In this document: positions 27,030 through 30,117 of the stretch, piece by piece
How the letters are laid out: the number at the start of each line of letters is the position of its first letter
Position numbering within the stretch: the stretch's first letter is position 1
NCBI GenBank assembly: GCA_963923385.1
Contig: CAWUMP010000001.1
Span: forward strand, 1 to 30,117
Direction: 5' to 3'
DNA: 30,117 bases
From: an uncultured bacterium
GTDB taxonomy: Bacteria > Pseudomonadota > Gammaproteobacteria > Burkholderiales > SG8-39
Translations under genes and position numbers: made by a program
Notes under the pieces: model-generated
Database searches by the model: none
What the model was told of the DNA's origin: nothing
Seen by the model: the letters and a program-made list of their open reading frames with translations, nothing else

Positions 27030-28076
27030 ATGAAAAAAAAGCTGCTGATTCTTGGTGTCAACGGGTTTATTGGTCATCATTTGTCGAAACGACTACTCGA
27101 TGATACGGACTGGGAAATCTACGGAATGGACATGCAGTCCGATCGCGTGGAGGCATTACGCGAAAATAAGCGCTTTCATTTTTTTGAAGGCGATATCACC
27201 ATCAATAAAGAGTGGATCGAATATCACATCCGTAAATGTGACACGGTAATTCCACTGGTGGCGATTGCCACACCAGCCCTCTACGTGCGCGAACCACTAC
27301 GCGTGTTTGAACTCGACTTTGAAGCCAACTTACCCATCGTGCGTTCTTGCGTAAAACACAAGAAACGTCTGGTGTTTCCCTCAACCTCCGAAGTGTATGG
27401 CATGAGTCGCGATACCGAATTCGATCCAGAACACTCCGAGTTAGTGCTTGGTCCGATTAACAAGCAACGTTGGATTTACTCGTGCGCCAAACAACTCATG
27501 GATCGTGTCATTTGGGCTTATGGGCAACAAGAAAAACTCGACTTCACTCTGTTTCGTCCGTTCAATTGGATTGGTTCTGGGCTCGACTCACTCAACGCTG
27601 CCAAAGAAGGTAGCTCGCGCGTGATCACGCAATTTTTGGGACACATTGTGCGGGGTGAAAATATTCAATTAGTCGATGGCGGAAAACAAAAACGCGCTTT
27701 TACGTATATCGACGATGGCATCGATGCATTAACGCGCATCATCGCTAACCCCAAGCGCGTGGCGAGCGGTAACATTTACAACATCGGTAACCCACGCAAT
27801 AACATTTCGATTCGCGAATTGGCCACACGCATGCGTGCCTTGGCACTCGAACTCCCCGAGTACGCCGCCAATGCCAAACGCATGCGCATCGTCAACACCA
27901 CCGCGCAAAAATATTACGGTGGTGGCTATCAAGACGTACAACATCGTGTCCCGAAGATCACCAACACCCGTCATGATTTAGGCTGGCGCCCACGGGTCAA
28001 CATGGACGATGCACTCGCGCGTATTTTTGATGCCTATCGCGGTGACGTGATCGGCGCTCGCCACCTCGTCGATTAA
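27030..28076 (+). CDS. arnA: UDP-glucuronate oxidase/decarboxylase, stand-alone C-terminal ArnA domain
   Basis: LILGVNGFIGHHL, PLVAIATP, FELDFEAN, FPSTSEVYG, RWIYSCAKQL, FRPFNW, GSSRVITQ, YQDV. Start at ATG 27030. Confidence 0.93.
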   Translation: MKKKLLILGVNGFIGHHLSKRLLDDTDWEIYGMDMQSDRVEALRENKRFHFFEGDITINKEWIEYHIRKCDTVIPLVAIATPALYVREPLRVFELDFEANLPIVRSCVKHKKRLVFPSTSEVYGMSRDTEFDPEHSELVLGPINKQRWIYSCAKQLMDRVIWAYGQQEKLDFTLFRPFNWIGSGLDSLNAAKEGSSRVITQFLGHIVRGENIQLVDGGKQKRAFTYIDDGIDALTRIIANPKRVASGNIYNIGNPRNNISIRELATRMRALALELPEYAANAKRMRIVNTTAQKYYGGGYQDVQHRVPKITNTRHDLGWRPRVNMDDALARIFDAYRGDVIGARHLVD

Positions 28077-28088
28077 GCGCGCGTCTGG

Positions 28089-28988
28089 TTGAAGCTCGCG
28101 CTCAAAATCGATGTCGACACCTATCGCGGCACGCGCGAAGGGATACCCAACCTGCTGCGTCAGCTTGGCTCGGCGGGCGCAGACGCAACGTTTTTATTTT
28201 CGCTGGGCCCAGATCACACGGGGCGCGCCATCAAACGCGTATTTCGTCGTGGGTTTCTTGCCAAAGTGCAACGTACGTCGGTAATTGAGCACTACGGACT
28301 ACGCACCTTACTCTACGGCACGCTGCTACCTGGCCCAGACATTGGCAAACAGTGCGCGGATGAATTACGCGCCGTGGCGCAGGCCGGTTTTGAAACTGGC
28401 ATACACACCTGGGATCACATCGCTTGGCAAGATGGGGTGTTGCGCGCATCAATCGATCGAACACAACAGATGATGCAACGTGCATTTGATCGCTACGCAG
28501 AACTATTTGGTCAAGCAGCCACCGTACACGGCGCAGCCGGCTGGCAAATGAACACGGCAGCCTATGCCTTCGAATCCGCCTTGGGGTTTCGCTACGCGTC
28601 CGACACGCGCGGAGTTTGTCCGTTTATTCCGGTGGTGGATGGCAAGGCGTGCGTTCCACAACTGCCCACCACCTTACCGACGCTCGATGAATTAATTGGT
28701 GTCGACGGTGCCACGCCAGAAGACGCTGCACGTCAATTACTGGCACGGACCGAGCAGGCACCAGCGACCGGACACGTCTACACCTTGCATGCAGAGCTCG
28801 AGGGCGCACGTTTAGCCGGCGTGTTCGACACACTACTCAAGGGTTGGCAAACACAGGGCTACCAACTAGTCAGTATGCAAAGGCTATTCGATTCGCTCGA
28901 CAGCGCGACCTTGCCGCGTCATCACGTGATACATGCCCCACTCGAGGGCCGCAGCGGCACACTGGCACAACAGGGGCCACGACAATGA
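28089..28988 (+). CDS. arnD: Undecaprenyl-P-Ara4FN deformylase ArnD (polysaccharide deacetylase fold)
   Basis: LKIDVDTYRGTREG, FLFSLGPDHTGRA, LLYGTLLPGPDIG, GIHTWDH, YASDTRG, QLPTTLPTLDE, YTLHAELEG; TTG start. Confidence 0.9.
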   Translation: MKLALKIDVDTYRGTREGIPNLLRQLGSAGADATFLFSLGPDHTGRAIKRVFRRGFLAKVQRTSVIEHYGLRTLLYGTLLPGPDIGKQCADELRAVAQAGFETGIHTWDHIAWQDGVLRASIDRTQQMMQRAFDRYAELFGQAATVHGAAGWQMNTAAYAFESALGFRYASDTRGVCPFIPVVDGKACVPQLPTTLPTLDELIGVDGATPEDAARQLLARTEQAPATGHVYTLHAELEGARLAGVFDTLLKGWQTQGYQLVSMQRLFDSLDSATLPRHHVIHAPLEGRSGTLAQQGPRQ

Positions 28989-29353
28989 AACTGCACGCTG
29001 CCGCGCCGACCCACCTTTACACCATCACCGGCTACGGCGCGGATTTTGTACAGATCAATGCAGAGCGTCACACCAATCATTTGATCGTGACACCGGAAGC
29101 ACTGTATCCCTGGTCGGTGCGCAACTTTGATGCACTCACACCCGACGATTTTTCAGTGTTATTGAGCCTCAGCGTTGAAGTCGTGATTCTCGGCACAGCC
29201 ACACGCCAACGCTTTGCGCACCCTCGACTGATACAACACCTCACCCAAGCACGTATTGGAGTTGAATGTATGGATTTACAAGCGGCCTGTCGAACCTACA
29301 ACATCTTGATGTCTGAAGAACGTAAAGTGGCCGCCGCTTTGTTATTTGAATGA
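28985..29353 (+). CDS. Mth938-like (DUF498) protein
   Basis: ITGYG, VVILGT, IGVECMDLQAACRTYNILMSEERKVAAAL; start ATG 28985 overlaps the arnD stop (ATGA). Confidence 0.9.
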   Translation: MKLHAAAPTHLYTITGYGADFVQINAERHTNHLIVTPEALYPWSVRNFDALTPDDFSVLLSLSVEVVILGTATRQRFAHPRLIQHLTQARIGVECMDLQAACRTYNILMSEERKVAAALLFE

Positions 29354-29363
29354 AAGCTCTCGT

Positions 29364-29735
29364 ATGAGTCTACTCAGCGCCTTATTGATCGCCACAGGTG
29401 TACTACTCAACACCGCAGCACAACTGTTGTTAAAAGCAGGCACCAACGCGGTCGGATCATTTGCATTCACACTCGATACTGCGCTCAGTACGGCACTTCG
29501 ACTTGCGTTCAACCCCTATATTTTGGGTGGTTTGAGCTGTTACGCGATTAGTTTGGTGGTGTGGTTAATGGCCTTATCTCGTACCGAAGTCAGCATCGCT
29601 TACCCCATGCTTTCAATCGGATTTGCGCTCAACGCCGCCATCGCCTGGTGGTGGTTAGGCGAAGCCATCAGCGTGCAGCGCGTCGTCGGCGTGAGCATCA
29701 TCATTGTTGGCGTGTTTCTTGTGGCACGCTCTTAA
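29364..29735 (+). CDS. SMR/EamA-type small membrane protein, probable undecaprenyl-P-Ara4N flippase subunit (ArnE/F-like)
   Basis: 123 aa, about four TM segments, AQLLLKAG, VWLMALSRTEVSIAYPMLSIGF; arn context. Confidence 0.85.
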   Translation: MSLLSALLIATGVLLNTAAQLLLKAGTNAVGSFAFTLDTALSTALRLAFNPYILGGLSCYAISLVVWLMALSRTEVSIAYPMLSIGFALNAAIAWWWLGEAISVQRVVGVSIIIVGVFLVARS

Positions 29736-29749
29736 CGAAAGGGCCCGTC

Positions 29750-30117
29750 GTGACTGACGCATTGGGTTGGCGTAAAAAATTTGCGGTTCTGATTCCTTCG
29801 ACAAACACCAGCGTACAGCCCGAGTTTGATGGGATGCGCCCACCCGGTGTAACCAACCACACCAGTCGAATACGAATTCCTAACGATCCACTCAAAAACG
29901 ACGATGATTTTCGGCAGCTCGTTGAAAATATCGCCAGCGCACAACTCGAAGCCGTCGATAGCGCCATGAGTTGCGAACCCGATCACATCGTGCTGGGAAT
30001 TTCGGTGGAAACATTTTGGGGTGGACGTGCCGCGAGCGAACGATTGATGGCGGATCTGCGTCAGCACACAGGCTTGCCTGTCGCTGGTGGCGCAGGCGCA
30101 TGTGATGCAGCATTTAA
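29750..30117 (+). CDS. Maleate cis-trans isomerase / arylmalonate decarboxylase (Asp/Glu racemase superfamily) protein, truncated by the window edge
   Basis: Manual translation from GTG 29750: MTDALGWRKKFAVLIPSTNTSVQPEFDGMRPPGVTNHTSRIRIPND...PDHIVLGISVETFWGG...ACDAAF, open to the end of the window; AAAGGG upstream. Absent from the ORF track, presumably because no stop is in view. Confidence 0.85.
   Translation, partial: MTDALGWRKKFAVLIPSTNTSVQPEFDGMRPPGVTNHTSRIRIPNDPLKNDDDFRQLVENIASAQLEAVDSAMSCEPDHIVLGISVETFWGGRAASERLMADLRQHTGLPVAGGAGACDAAF

Noticed and set aside
27033-27040. A8 tract at the start of the ArnA decarboxylase gene as a phase-variation switch
   Set aside because: It encodes an ordinary MKKK N-terminus, the frame is intact and the tract is short.
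30115-30117. Terminal TAA as the stop of the last gene
   Set aside because: Out of frame: from GTG 29750 the window ends ...GCA TTT AA, so the gene continues beyond the edge.
1-30117. CRISPR array, tRNA/rRNA, IS or prophage genes, known riboswitch
   Set aside because: No repeat-spacer array, cloverleaf, transposase, integrase or recognisable aptamer seen by eye; a cmscan against Rfam on the intergenic regions would be needed to exclude ncRNAs.

Overview
30.1 kb chromosomal window, most likely from a betaproteobacterium (inferred from the alaC-hom-thrC arrangement, Bug-family binding protein and split arnA). No CRISPR array, rRNA, tRNA or intact mobile element was recognised. Left to right: pstSCAB phosphate ABC transporter without phoU; an MFS transporter resembling the ArsK family; a tightly coupled block of TRAP transporter (dctPQM), Gln-type thiol dioxygenase (3-mercaptopropionate dioxygenase-like) and SelO/YdiU, followed by an atypical SDR and a Bug/TctC binding protein; an intergenic stretch of about 0.5 kb with an uncalled, decayed BrnA-type ribbon-helix-helix antitoxin remnant; mutS overlapping a lipoprotein metallophosphoesterase; an orphan family-5 ABC binding protein behind a near-consensus sigma54 promoter; alaC-hom-thrC on the minus strand; a divergent Ara4N lipid A modification operon (arnT-arnB-arnC-split arnA-arnD) with a Mth938-like gene and a single SMR-type flippase gene; and a truncated maleate isomerase/arylmalonate decarboxylase-family gene absent from the ORF track. 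The best candidate for an undescribed system is the TRAP-thiol dioxygenase-SelO-SDR-Bug cluster. Family calls come from motif recognition by eye, not database searches.
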